This document shows positions 25,951-36,442 of a stretch of 64,000 nucleotides of DNA, piece by piece. Under the pieces are notes generated by a model. The model did no database searches and had not been told where the DNA came from. It saw only the letters and a program-made list of their open reading frames with translations. Every line of letters begins with the position of its first letter. Within the stretch, counting starts at the first letter, position 1. Both the position numbers and the translations under genes were made by a program. Source of the DNA: Hyaloraphidium curvatum SAG 235-1 (Eukaryota > Fungi > Monoblepharomycota); the NCBI GenBank assembly GCA_025558095.1, contig JAIVFI010000026.1, positions 496,001-560,000 of the forward strand, written 5' to 3'.

Positions 25951-28619
25951 ATGGATCGAGCGCGGGTGGCGCGGACGGTCAGCTGGTAATGCCCGACCGG
26001 CGTGCCAACTTTGTCCCTGCTGACCGGCCCCGCGCCTCCCTGCGATGGACCTACAGCGAGGCGTGCTCAGTCGTGAAGGCGGTGCGTTTTGTCGCGCGGC
26101 TTCCGGGGTGCAGTTTCAGTCGGGTTGCTGACCCGGTGCCCCCACCCCCAGCGATGTGTGCGGGCATCCGAAGGGGAGCCCTGCGAGAGATGCACGCGAT
26201 TACGACGTGCTTGCCGCGTGCAGGATACAACATTGACGCGGCGGAAGCGCGAGGAGCTGCGGAGGGCCGAGCGGTCGCAGAAGGACCAGGGCGAGGAGGC
26301 CTCAAGCGGCGGCGGCCACGGCTCCAGCCTCGGATCGGGCTTCCGCCCGCGCTCGCAGTCGGCCTCTTCCCAATCTTCGGGCTCCGTCGATGGTATTGTG
26401 TCGGGATCACCTCCGGACGCGTCGCCCGCCTCGGGGCCGTCGCAGCGGGCCTCGCCTGAGGCCGCGGTGGCCTTGGCCAAACCCAGGAGTCGCAGCCCGC
26501 GGAGGCCGATCGTGAAGACCGAGCCTCCAGATGAGAAGCACACGTACTACTTCATCATGCCGGGCGCGCGCTCGGGACCTGCCGCTGCTGAGCTGCTAGT
26601 GCCGGCATACGCACCGCCGGCGGACGGCCCCGCCTCGTTGACTATTTCGATAGGGGATCGCTCCGGAACCTTTCTGAGCGAGGCTTCGCACGCATCGTCA
26701 AACACTCTATCCAGCGCGGGCTTCAGTGCGGACCTCTCGACGTTCCAGCTGGGCTCTCCTGCGCAGTTCATTTTGCCGGAGGTGTCCCCCGTGCCGCGGG
26801 CACTCAACTCCTTCGACAACACCTCTGGTATTGGCCTTATGCCCCTCTATGTATCCCAGGCACTGATAGTCCCCCATTCAGATGTCCTTCCAGCGTGCAT
26901 TGTCGCCTAGTGAGTGACCGATGACCGAGTCTTGGTCAAGTTCTGACCCTGCACCCAGCTTCGACTACTACAACAAGCGCAACCCCCTCATTCACCGCGG
27001 CACCTTCCTCCGCGCGTTCACACCCCCCGGTAGCCCCCGTATCTACGGCCCCAACCCTCCTCTCGCGCTCTTATTTGCCGTCGCCGCCGCTGGCTCCGGC
27101 CAGGCCGAAGTTCCCGGCCTTTCCGACACGCAGCGCATACGTGCCGGCCGGGAATTTGCCAACCGTGCGCGGGAGCTCGTCCTTTCCGGGTACTTTGACC
27201 GCCCGCCCGGGATGCGCGCCATGACGGACCTCGAAACCATGCTGGTGCTCCTCGTGCTCTCGGGCTACTTTGTCCCTGCGGGCCTGGCGGCGCATATGTT
27301 CCCCATGCAGCAGCGCATGGTCGCGTTGCTCGCCGAGGTGTGCGTGGACGGACCCGAGGCGACCGTCGCGGGGGCGGACGACGATCCGGCCGACGCGACG
27401 GAATGGGTGCTCAGGGAGATGAAGACGCGCGCGTTCGCCTTCATCTCCGTGATGGACTGCATGGCGGCGCCCACGGCCGGCAGGCAGCCGCTGTACCCGT
27501 ATTTCCGGCACCCCATACGGTTCCCGGCGCACGACGGGTACTACGAGATGGAAGACGAGGAGCTGGCTTTCCAGATGCTGCACCGCTCCCCGGACGGGCC
27601 CGCGCCGCCGCGGTTCGACTCGTACAGGGAGCTCTACTCATCGCGGACACCCCCCGCGCGGCGCGCCGAGCTCATCCGGACCTTCCTCGCGCCCTCGTTC
27701 GAGGGCCGCGCCTTCGTGGGCAACCTCCTGCTGATGCACGCCTTCATGTGCACCATCAAGGTCCGCCAGCGTGCGCTGATAAGGGACCACGGGATCGGGG
27801 TGATGCGGCTCGCGTTGCAAGACCGAAGCCTGGACACGCCGCCAGAGGCCGCGTACCGCAGGCTGGAGGAGCACGTGGCGGCACTGTACGGGGACATCTG
27901 GGCGGCGATACCGGGGTTCGGCGCCGCGCTGGGGGCCGGCGATCCCGGGCCGTTTCTGCGGACGTGGCCATCGGTGTTTTCGGCAAAGGGCCACGCGCAC
28001 TCCTTCCTCGCCACCTGCGTGGCGTTCACCGCCTTTCCGCTGGAGAGGTACGTGCTCGGGGACCCATCCGCCGCGCCGGACGCCTTTTTTGCCTCGGAGC
28101 ACTTCCTCGCCGTGCTGGGGGGCGCCTCCGTCGCCGTGGGGCTGCTGCGGGGGCAGCTCGCGGACGATCCAGGGATGAGGTGGGCCCCCGTGGCCGAGAT
28201 GGCGGCGGTGCTCAGGGCGGGGTACGTGCTGCTGGGAGCGGCCAGGGCGGCGGGGGTGAAGGGGGGTGGGGGGGACCCGCTGGGTTACGCCGAGGACCTC
28301 AAAGTCGTGGCGCGGGCGATGGACAGCCTGGGGAGGGCGTTCAGGCCGCTGGGTGGGTGTTCCATCGCCGCTGCCGACCCGGATCGCGCTAACCCTTCCA
28401 CGATCGGCAGGCACCCGCCTCGCGCGCGACTTCCGCCGCCTGGTTCTCGCTGTCGGGATCGACCCCGACGCGCCCGCGCCGCCCGAGGAGGACGACGAGC
28501 CGGTGCTGGAACCGATGCCGGTGCAGCAGCTCCCCGCGGTACCGGAGTCGAGCGCGCCGGCCGCGTTCGCGAGGATGGCGATGAGCGGGGGGGACACGTT
28601 CAAACCGTGGGTCAAGTAG
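25951..28619 (+). CDS. Zn(II)2Cys6 transcription factor, copy B (tandem paralogue of copy A)
   Basis: Spliced cluster SCEACSVVKARCVRASEGEPCERCTRLRRAC; same intron positions as copy A and identical C-terminus (FKPWVK). Confidence 0.85.
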
Positions 28620-29480
28620 GGCACTTGGCTGTAGTTGGCAATGGACGACGACTCCGCCCTGGTTGGCTCTCGGCTTGATGGTAGCACAAGTCTCCTTGCA
28701 TTGTGACTTTGGGGCGAGCGTGCTGGGTGCGTGAAGTTGATTGCGGGCGCACGTCACCGATCGTTACTCCGCCGTCCCAGCAGGCGAAATGCCGAGGACG
28801 GGCTCTGTGTGCCGGGCTTCTGCGGTGTCAGGAATTCCCGTTGGGGGACACTTTTCGCGTCACCACTACGCCTGCGAGCGGGGTTCCGAAAGACGGAGCA
28901 GCTGCGCTGGAGCTGGCCGGCATTCGTTTCAGCCTGCCCTGACAGGCTTCCCTCGACATGCCGGCGATTTGCGGGCGGGCTCCGGCCAGGCCAGCCAGGC
29001 ACACTTCCCGGGGCCGCGGCGCGGTCGCCGCTCCGGCAAGGCGCCTGGCCGGCGGGCTGTGCGCTTCAGCCGGGCTCGGCCGGACCCCGACGGCCACCGA
29101 CCGGCAGTCGTGGGGCAAAGCACGAAGTCCTCCGTGCCCGTGCCGAGCCCTGCTTTGCCTGGACCGAACTTCGACGCCCCGTCCCGGCGCTCTCACCTGC
29201 CAGGATGCCGTCGCCGGCAATGCGGAGCCTGGCGGCTAAAGGTGGTGTGCCTTCGGCACAGCTGGCCGCTCTTTCGAAGGCCGCCTCGTTGGCCCAGGGT
29301 GCATCCCGCGGGACCACCGCCTTCAGACGTGTTGTTCGAACAATGGCCCGCCTGCTCGCGGGGCGTTGGTGTGTCTTGACCACAGTTGGGGGCGGCATCG
29401 GACGTCGGGCGGCCTGGATGCGTCCGGGATCGGAGAGTCGGTGGCCGATGAGCTCACCGCAAAACACCGCACCCAGCGGC

Positions 29481-30377
29481 ATGTCGCGCGCGAGCAGGCC
29501 CGGCGCGACCGCCGGGGCACGTCGCCCGCCTCGCGACCGCTCCGCGGCGTGCTGGCCTTGCCGCCTTCGCCGTCTTCGGTGCCCTCGGGACGGCGACGTC
29601 TGCGGGCGCTGCCGCTCCTACAAGTTCCCGTGCGTGTGGCCGAGATCGCACAGGGGCGCGTGCGGGCCGGCCGCGCTCACTGCTCCCACCGCGGCGGCCT
29701 ACCTCCGCTCCGCCGAGGCGCAGGGCATCTCGCTCTCGGTCGAGAAGACCGCCTGCGTCCGCTGCAGGGCCTCCCGCAGGGGCTGCGACGGGGACCGCCG
29801 GGGCTGCGGGCGCTGCACCGCTGCCGGGGTGCCCTGCGAGTACCCGCCCGACAAGAAACCGCGTGCCAAACGCGCCTCGGACGACGGCTCGGCCTCATCG
29901 GACCCTTGCGACGACACCCACCTCATCGGCGACTTTGACGACGAGCCATCCGCGCCATCGTTCAGCGGCGACGGCGACTGGGCCAGCGCAAGCGCGGGCG
30001 CCTACGGCCCCCCTTCCTTTGCCGGCCTCGCGCCCTCCAGCTTCCCCCGCGCCGTCCGCCTACCGTCGTCGATCAGCGCCCCCGCGAACCCTCTCGATGA
30101 CCAGTGCGACGACTCCTCGACCCTCATCCCGGACTTCTTCCCCCCCGCGACTACTCCGATCGACGGCAGCGGCGACCTCCTCGCCGGGCCCTGGGTGGAC
30201 GAGGACCCCGTGCTCCCCTGGATCCGCGCCCTGATGGGCCCGCCCGTGCCGCCCGCTTGCGAGCCATGGAACCTGGAAGTATACCCGGATCCGGACCCGG
30301 TGCAGGGGCTGGCGGAGGGGATCCTGTGGGACGTGCTGGGGGGGAGGCTGCATGAGGGCCCCTGCTCGACGCTCTAG
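29481..30377 (+). CDS. Double Zn(II)2Cys6 cluster protein, copy 1
   Basis: Two clusters, ACWPCRLRRLRCPRDGDVCGRCRSYKFPC and ACVRCRASRRGCDGDRRGCGRCTAAGVPCEY, followed by an acidic tail; intronless. Confidence 0.8.
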   Translation: MSRASRPGATAGARRPPRDRSAACWPCRLRRLRCPRDGDVCGRCRSYKFPCVWPRSHRGACGPAALTAPTAAAYLRSAEAQGISLSVEKTACVRCRASRRGCDGDRRGCGRCTAAGVPCEYPPDKKPRAKRASDDGSASSDPCDDTHLIGDFDDEPSAPSFSGDGDWASASAGAYGPPSFAGLAPSSFPRAVRLPSSISAPANPLDDQCDDSSTLIPDFFPPATTPIDGSGDLLAGPWVDEDPVLPWIRALMGPPVPPACEPWNLEVYPDPDPVQGLAEGILWDVLGGRLHEGPCSTL

Positions 30378-30723
30378 ATCGAGGGCGGGCCGGGCGCGGG
30401 AATCAAAAGAGGGGCCACCGGCCGGGAGAACGGGGTCTTTGTTGAGCAGAGTAGCAAGAAGATATCAAATCATCTCCCCAGCTCGCCCGCGTCCCTTTTT
30501 CATCCCCATGTCGTGTCGTTGGAACGTGGACGAGCAGAACAAAGCGTAGGTCTGCGATCTGTGACGAGCATCCGCACAAACCGACCATTGGGGAGTATTT
30601 CCCGGTGTCATGCCCCAAAACATATTCTACTGCACTATTGATAGCTTGCATGGTGCGAATATATACATGCTCCAAGAGGCCATTCCACTCTAATGAATCG
30701 GTAGCCCGTTCCATTCGGGGCCA

Positions 30724-31671
30724 TTAGCAAGCCTTCTGCGCCGAAATCGAGACGAACACGTAGTTCTGGGTGCCGCTGCCAGAGCCCGACCAGGACGTGC
30801 CGTCGCCCGACCTCCTTCCCGGAGGCGAGGGGCTCGTGTACTGCGAGCCGCCGACGGCCGCGCCAACTGCGGGGTCGTCATTTCCATCCACAGCAACGTG
30901 CCAGCTGAGCCCCTTCAAGTCGGATCCGCGCTTGACGACGATCCAGTAGGTGGTGCTAGCGGAAAGATCGACCGGGGATGCCGGGGTGTACGTGTACATG
31001 TCGGCGGTCGAACCCCCGGTGACGGGCCCGCCAGTCAGGACCGCGACCTCGGTAGTCGGGTTGCCGGCGCCTGAGTAGAGGGCTACCAAGGGGTCGGCTC
31101 CGCCGGCGCTGGAGAGGGACAGATCGACGCTGGTGAAACGGAGCGGGGAACCGGCGGGGCCGGTGATGAAGCCTGATGCTGCGCGGAGGGTGTTGTTGAT
31201 GAAGACGAAAGCGGTGCTCGAGATCGCGTCGGGGTGCTTGAAGACGGGGGCGGTGGGCTCGAAGCCGTAGCAGCGGTAGAGCAGCCTGCTGCTCCTCCCC
31301 TTCGGGTCGGAGTAGTCGACGCAGGCGACTTGGTTTCCGGGGGCATCGGCGAAGCCGTACTCGCTGCGGAGCGGTGGTCGACGGCAGGCGGGCGGGTGGG
31401 GCGGGCGGATGAGGGAAAGGGGTGGCGCAGGTCAGCACCGGATCGCAGGGGGGGGGGCGGCAACCGGGCGCACCAATAGAGCTCTCCGGGGCACTCTGCA
31501 CAAGTGCGGCGGAACAGGACCATCGGTTTGGGATCGGTGCTGCGCGCGTCGAGTCAGGCTGGGCCCGGTCGGCGGGCGCCGCGCGGCTCACGAGACGGGC
31601 GCGGCGGCGGCGAGAGGCAGCAGCGCGAGGAGCAGGGCGGCGGCCACCGCGAGGCGCGGAGCGGGCGCCAT
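30724..31671 (-). CDS. Secreted protein with bacterial-like beta domain (choice-of-anchor R-like), copy 1
   Basis: Signal peptide and two introns; highly similar inverted paralogue of 33213-34179. Confidence 0.75.
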
Positions 31672-33212
31672 CGTGAGATCTGCGGTTTCTGGGGACTGCC
31701 GGGAGGAGGGCAGTCGGTGTCCTTGTTGGTCCCCTAGTGTGTCTGAACCCCATCAAATGGACACCTCTTGGCTAGCCTCGCTTGCACCCCAAAAACCAAT
31801 TGGAAGCGCGGGCAGGGCAGATCTCACGGGACTGGACTTGTCGTGTTAGTGCCGCCTGGATCCCGCGTTCCCGGCGCTATCCGGCAGGTTTCGACGGCCC
31901 ACTCGGCGGCTTCTCCGGCGTCCCTCAAAGGACTAGGCGTCCCTCAAAGGACTACCCGTGCCCATCGCCCCTCCCACTGACCTCTGCCGCGGGGAAGAAT
32001 GGCATCCGAATGCACGTAACATGGTTATCTCACAATCTAGAAGTTCGAGCCACGATTTGCAGTGCATGTGCGAGTCTGGGCGCCGGTGTTAGTGATCCCA
32101 TGACGCCACGGGGCTGGGGACTTAGGGGTGGGGGGCATCCCCCTTCGCATCGAACAGCTCGAGGACCGCATAGCGACCCATGCAAAGGACTCCCAGCCAG
32201 TCGGACGGTCCACACGGTGCCCGGAAGAGTTCGGCGGGCTGCGGAAGTTAAATCTTCTGGTATCCCTGTCGGCCCCTCCCCGCCGACCAGTCCGGAGGCC
32301 GCAACACGGGATTCGTCCGCCCATCGCCCGCCCAGCCCGCCTGCCCGCGCGCTGCTGCAGCCTGCTGCACATCTTTTCTGTGGGATTTCCCTGGGTTCGG
32401 AGGACTGGCGAGGTGAGGGTAAGCAGGTCCTCGAAAAGACGGGCGCGTGGGCGATGGGATCCCCAAGCAGCGCCTGTGGGGCGCGACGGACCTTGCTGAG
32501 CGCGAGTAGCTGCGTGGGGAACATGTGCGATTGGTACCTCGTGCAGCAGGGCGTCTGCAAGAGGCCGCGGGTCCCACGCCCTCCCGAGATCAGTCTCGCG
32601 ACCCGCAGCCCCCAACGCGTGCGCTCCCGAGCCCCGGATGCAAGCCCCGGGATGGTGACTATCGAGGCAACAGAATACTGTCCCGAGTTCCGGACGGCCC
32701 GGTTGCACCTCCGCGATGCACTGCACCCTCCAACGGAAATCCCATCACCGGGTCGGCACAGCCCTGTCCGGATGACTAACGGACGAATATTACGGCTTTA
32801 GAGTTCCCCCTGTTGACGCCGGCGAGTCGTCTGCACTCCAATTGCCGGATCTGGTCGGCACAGCTTAGTGCAAACGCTCGATCCGCATTCGGGTGCCCTT
32901 TGGCTCGAAGGCCAAGGCATTTTTCAAGGATAGGGATAGTGGGGCGGGCGTCCCGCTTTTGGGGGATAGCACCATTGTCGGGCCCACAGAAGGCCCAAAC
33001 CAACTACCGTGCGTGATTATTCGCGATCTGTATTACGCGAGCTTATTCCGTGATTTTGGCACCGGTCCTGCAACGGTGTGTGCCACAAGGGCTTTGGTTG
33101 CGAAAAAATCGGGCCGAAAAAGTCGGGCGGGAGGGCCTGGATTTTCAAGGGACGGACAAGGACACCGCTGCCTCGAAATCGGCTTCCCCGACAGTGCCGC
33201 CGGATCCACAGA

Positions 33213-34179
33213 ATGACACCCCTCCCGCGCCTCGCGGTGGCCGCCGCCCTGCTCGTGGCGCTGCTGCCTCTCGCCGCCGCCGCGCCCGTCTCGTGAGCCG
33301 CGGAGCGCTTGCCGACCGTGCGGGCCCACGCTGACTCTGCCGCAGCACCGACGCCGAGCCCGCGACGAAAGCGACCGTCCTCTTCCGCCGAAACTGCGGG
33401 GACTGCCCCTCGGATCTCTATTGGTATGGGCCGTCGGCGACTCCCCCGCCTCCGGAAAGCTGACGAACTCCCCCGTGATCCGCCCGACCCACCCACCCGC
33501 CCCACCGCTGATCCCCTTCCCCTCCAACTCCCCCAGCGAGTACGGCTTCCCCGATGCCCCGGAAGACCACGTCGCTTGCGTCGATTACCTCGACCCGGAG
33601 CAGGAGCGCAACATCAGGCTGCTCTACCGGTGCTACGGCTTCGAGCCCACCGCCCCCGTCTTCAAGCACCCCGACGCCCTCTCGAACACCGCTTTCGTCT
33701 TCACCAACAACACCCTCCGCGCAGCATCGGGCTTCACCACCGGCCCGGCCGGTTCCCCGCTCCGTTTCACCAGCGCCGACCTGGCATTCTCCAGCGCGGG
33801 CGGAGCCAACCCCTTGGTCGCCCTCTACTCAGGCGCCGGCAACCCGACCACCCAGGTCGCGGTCCTGACTGGCGGGCCCGTCACCGGGGGTTCGACCGCC
33901 GACTTGTACACGTACGCCCCGGAATCCGCGGTCGATCTTTCCGCCAGCACCACCTACTGGATCGTCGCCAAGCGCGGATCCGACTTGTTGGGTTTCAGCT
34001 GGCACATTGCGCTGGATGGAAACGATGACCCCGCAGCCGGCGCGGCCGTTGGCGGCTCGCAGTACACGAGCCCCTCGCCGCCGGGAAGGAAATCGGGCGA
34101 CGGCACGGTCTGGTCGGGCTCTGCAAGCGGCACTCAGAACTACATGTTCATCTCGGTTTCGGCGCAGAAGGCGTGCTGA
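33213..34179 (+). CDS. Secreted protein with bacterial-like beta domain (choice-of-anchor R-like), copy 2
   Basis: Signal peptide MTPLPRLAVAAALLVALLPLAAAAP, a small Cys-rich module, then AASGFTTG..FTSADL..VALYS..GNP..YTY....LSASTTYWIV..W..SGDG..W. Confidence 0.75.
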
Positions 34180-34270
34180 CGGGCCCCGCCAGACGAAGCG
34201 AACTCGTAGAGTTTAGAGGGGCCGGGCCTGGCAAGCGGAACCCGCTCATGTACGCACCATTGCAAGTTAC

Positions 34271-34334
34271 TAGTAACCGGTAGAATCTTTGTCCTGCCGT
34301 AGTAACCGGTAGAATCTTTGTCCTGCCGTAGTAA
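34271..34334. repeat. 29-bp tandem duplication (2.2 copies)
   Basis: tagtaaccggtagaatctttgtcctgccg twice, followed by tagtaa. Confidence 0.9.
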
Positions 34335-34716
34335 AGACACCAAGCCACATCCCCAATTGGTCGGCCGGTGCGAATGTGAGTGTCCGAATCTGGCTCCAGG
34401 CTTTATGAGCCGACTTCTCCGCGACGGGAGGTGTGGCCTAGTGGTTCGACAGGCCCGGGCAAAGGCTTGGTCAAATGCGTTCTGCAGATGGTTCGCGGGC
34501 TCGGCTCGGTGATCGATGAGAAGAGACAGGGCAGACCGGGGAGTACCAGCACTGCTGAGCCGGCAAAAAGGGTGGGCTGCACTGTCGACACGGGGACGCA
34601 GCATCCGGAACTCGGATCCGTGCCTTCACCCAGGGCTCGCGAGCACAAGTGCAAAATGCATCCGGTTGTATGGTGAGGTACAACCGACTCACTCCCCCTC
34701 GACCATCGACCGCGTC

Positions 34717-34972
34717 TCACAGCGCCGCGACCGCGCCGGCGAGCAGGGCCCCCAGGATCAGACCCGGCTTGAGCGATTCCGCTCCGGCCGGCTTGCTACT
34801 GGTGCTCGCGGCCGGCGCGGCGGTAGTAGTGGTAGGACGGGCGGTCGTCTTGGAGGCGGCGGAAGTGGCGACGGCGTTCGTCTTGGGGCGCCACGGTGAC
34901 GGAGATCACGGCGCCGTGAACCCGCGAAGCAAGCAGGCCGAGCACAACGACGGCGACGCAGGCACGGGACAT
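34717..34972 (-). pseudogene. Small secreted/GPI-anchored S/T-rich peptide gene with a 1-nt frameshift
   Basis: Signal-peptide frame MSRACVAVVVLGLLASRVHGAVISVTVAP and GPI-like frame KTNAVATSAASKTTARPTTTT...GLILGALLAGAVAAL* are offset by one base at the G4 run (34885-34888). Confidence 0.55.
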
Positions 34973-35080
34973 CGCGGTGTGTCCTCGCTGGGATATACGG
35001 GGATAGCAGGAGATGGTTTACGCGATGGCGTCCCCCGCATCCGACAGGCAGTCCTGTGGTTGATCCTGCCCGCCCTGCCG

Positions 35081-36268
35081 ATGGCGCCCATCCTCCGCGT
35101 CGCGGCGCTGCAGTGCGACTGCTCGGCACCCACGACCGCCGACAACCTGCGCCACATCGGCGCGCTGCTCGCTTCGGAGCTCTCGAAGCTCCCCTCGCCC
35201 CCTCACCTCGTCCTGCTGCCGGAACTGTTTGCGACGGGCTACAACCTCGATGCGGGCGACCCCACGAACTGGGCACGCGCAGAACGCGTGCCGGACTCCG
35301 CGGACGGCACGGCGGACCTCTCGGGATCGCCCACGCTGGCCGCCATGCGGGACTGGTCTTCGGCCCACCGCTGCGTAATCGGCGGTACCCTCCTCGAGGC
35401 CTCCCCGGACGGCCATCTGTACAACACCTTTGTCCTCTTCCTCCCCTCGGGCGGCGGTGCCGCGATGCACCCCCTCCGCGTGCGCAAATCCCGCCCCGCC
35501 TCCTTCGAGGCATTTGTCTTCAACGGCACCCCGCCCGGCGCGCAGCGGACCTTCGAATTCGCGCACCCCGAGACCGGGGAGCCGCTGAGGCTAGCCGCCG
35601 CGATATGCTACGAGACGGTGCTCCCCGACGTCGTCGCCTCCCTCTGTTCCTCGGGGAAGCTGGATCTCCTCCTCCTCCCCTTCTCCGCCCCGGACCCGAT
35701 CCCCTCCCCCGCCTTCCCCCCCGCGGACTGCTCCATGTTCCTTTCCTCCCTCGTCTCCGCCCCCCCGATGCTCGCACGCGCCCTCGGGTGCCACGTGCTG
35801 GCGTGCAACAAGGCCGGCGGGTTCGAGACGCTCACAAGCAGGCCGCTCCCGTTCCTGCCGAGGATATTCCCGGCGATGAAAGGGGTGGGGTGGATCCCGC
35901 TGACCATGTTCGTGGACGCGGAGGGCAAGGCGGTGTCGTCGGTGCCCAAGGACGAGGAGGGGATCGCATGGGGCGAGGTCGATCTCGCGGCGCCGCGCCC
36001 ACCTCCCGAGCCCCAACCCAAGGTCGACGGGCCATACGCGGTGCCGATGCCGTTTGCCGTCCGCAGCGGGTTCCCGCTCATGGAAACGATCGGGGCTTGG
36101 AGCTACGTTTGGGCCGCGGGGAGGCGTGAGCGCGTGGTCACGGGGATCGTCGAGGGCGCGGGCGGAAAAATGGCCGTTGCGGAAAACAACGTACTAAGAT
36201 TGGAATGGTACGTCTTGGCGGCGGGCGCCGTGGGCATCGGGATCTGGTGGACGCTGCGGGACCACTGA
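35081..36268 (+). CDS. Carbon-nitrogen hydrolase (nitrilase superfamily) with C-terminal TM anchor
   Basis: LRVAALQ, catalytic triad motifs LPELF.TGY (E), RK (K) and ICYE (C), plus YNT and CNKAG; hydrophobic C-terminus; intronless. Confidence 0.85.
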   Translation: MAPILRVAALQCDCSAPTTADNLRHIGALLASELSKLPSPPHLVLLPELFATGYNLDAGDPTNWARAERVPDSADGTADLSGSPTLAAMRDWSSAHRCVIGGTLLEASPDGHLYNTFVLFLPSGGGAAMHPLRVRKSRPASFEAFVFNGTPPGAQRTFEFAHPETGEPLRLAAAICYETVLPDVVASLCSSGKLDLLLLPFSAPDPIPSPAFPPADCSMFLSSLVSAPPMLARALGCHVLACNKAGGFETLTSRPLPFLPRIFPAMKGVGWIPLTMFVDAEGKAVSSVPKDEEGIAWGEVDLAAPRPPPEPQPKVDGPYAVPMPFAVRSGFPLMETIGAWSYVWAAGRRERVVTGIVEGAGGKMAVAENNVLRLEWYVLAAGAVGIGIWWTLRDH

Positions 36269-36442
36269 TCGGTAAAAGTGCATTTTCAAGCCCGTCTCTA
36301 GCGCATCGTCAGGGTCCCCCGTGCCCCCCTTCCCTGTCCTCCTCCCTTCTCCTGCCTCGGTCCGCCGCCGGCAACAGCCTCGGACTGCCGAGGCAGCCAG
36401 TGTAAGCCCCACATCAAACAACGGCAGCGAACGAGCGGGCAC

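Noticed and set aside
31782-33000. ORFs between the inverted secreted genes
   Set aside because: Composition is not coding-like; most likely a shared divergent promoter region.
34271-34334. 29-bp repeat of CRISPR-like length
   Set aside because: Copies abut with no spacers, no cas genes are present, and the context is eukaryotic.
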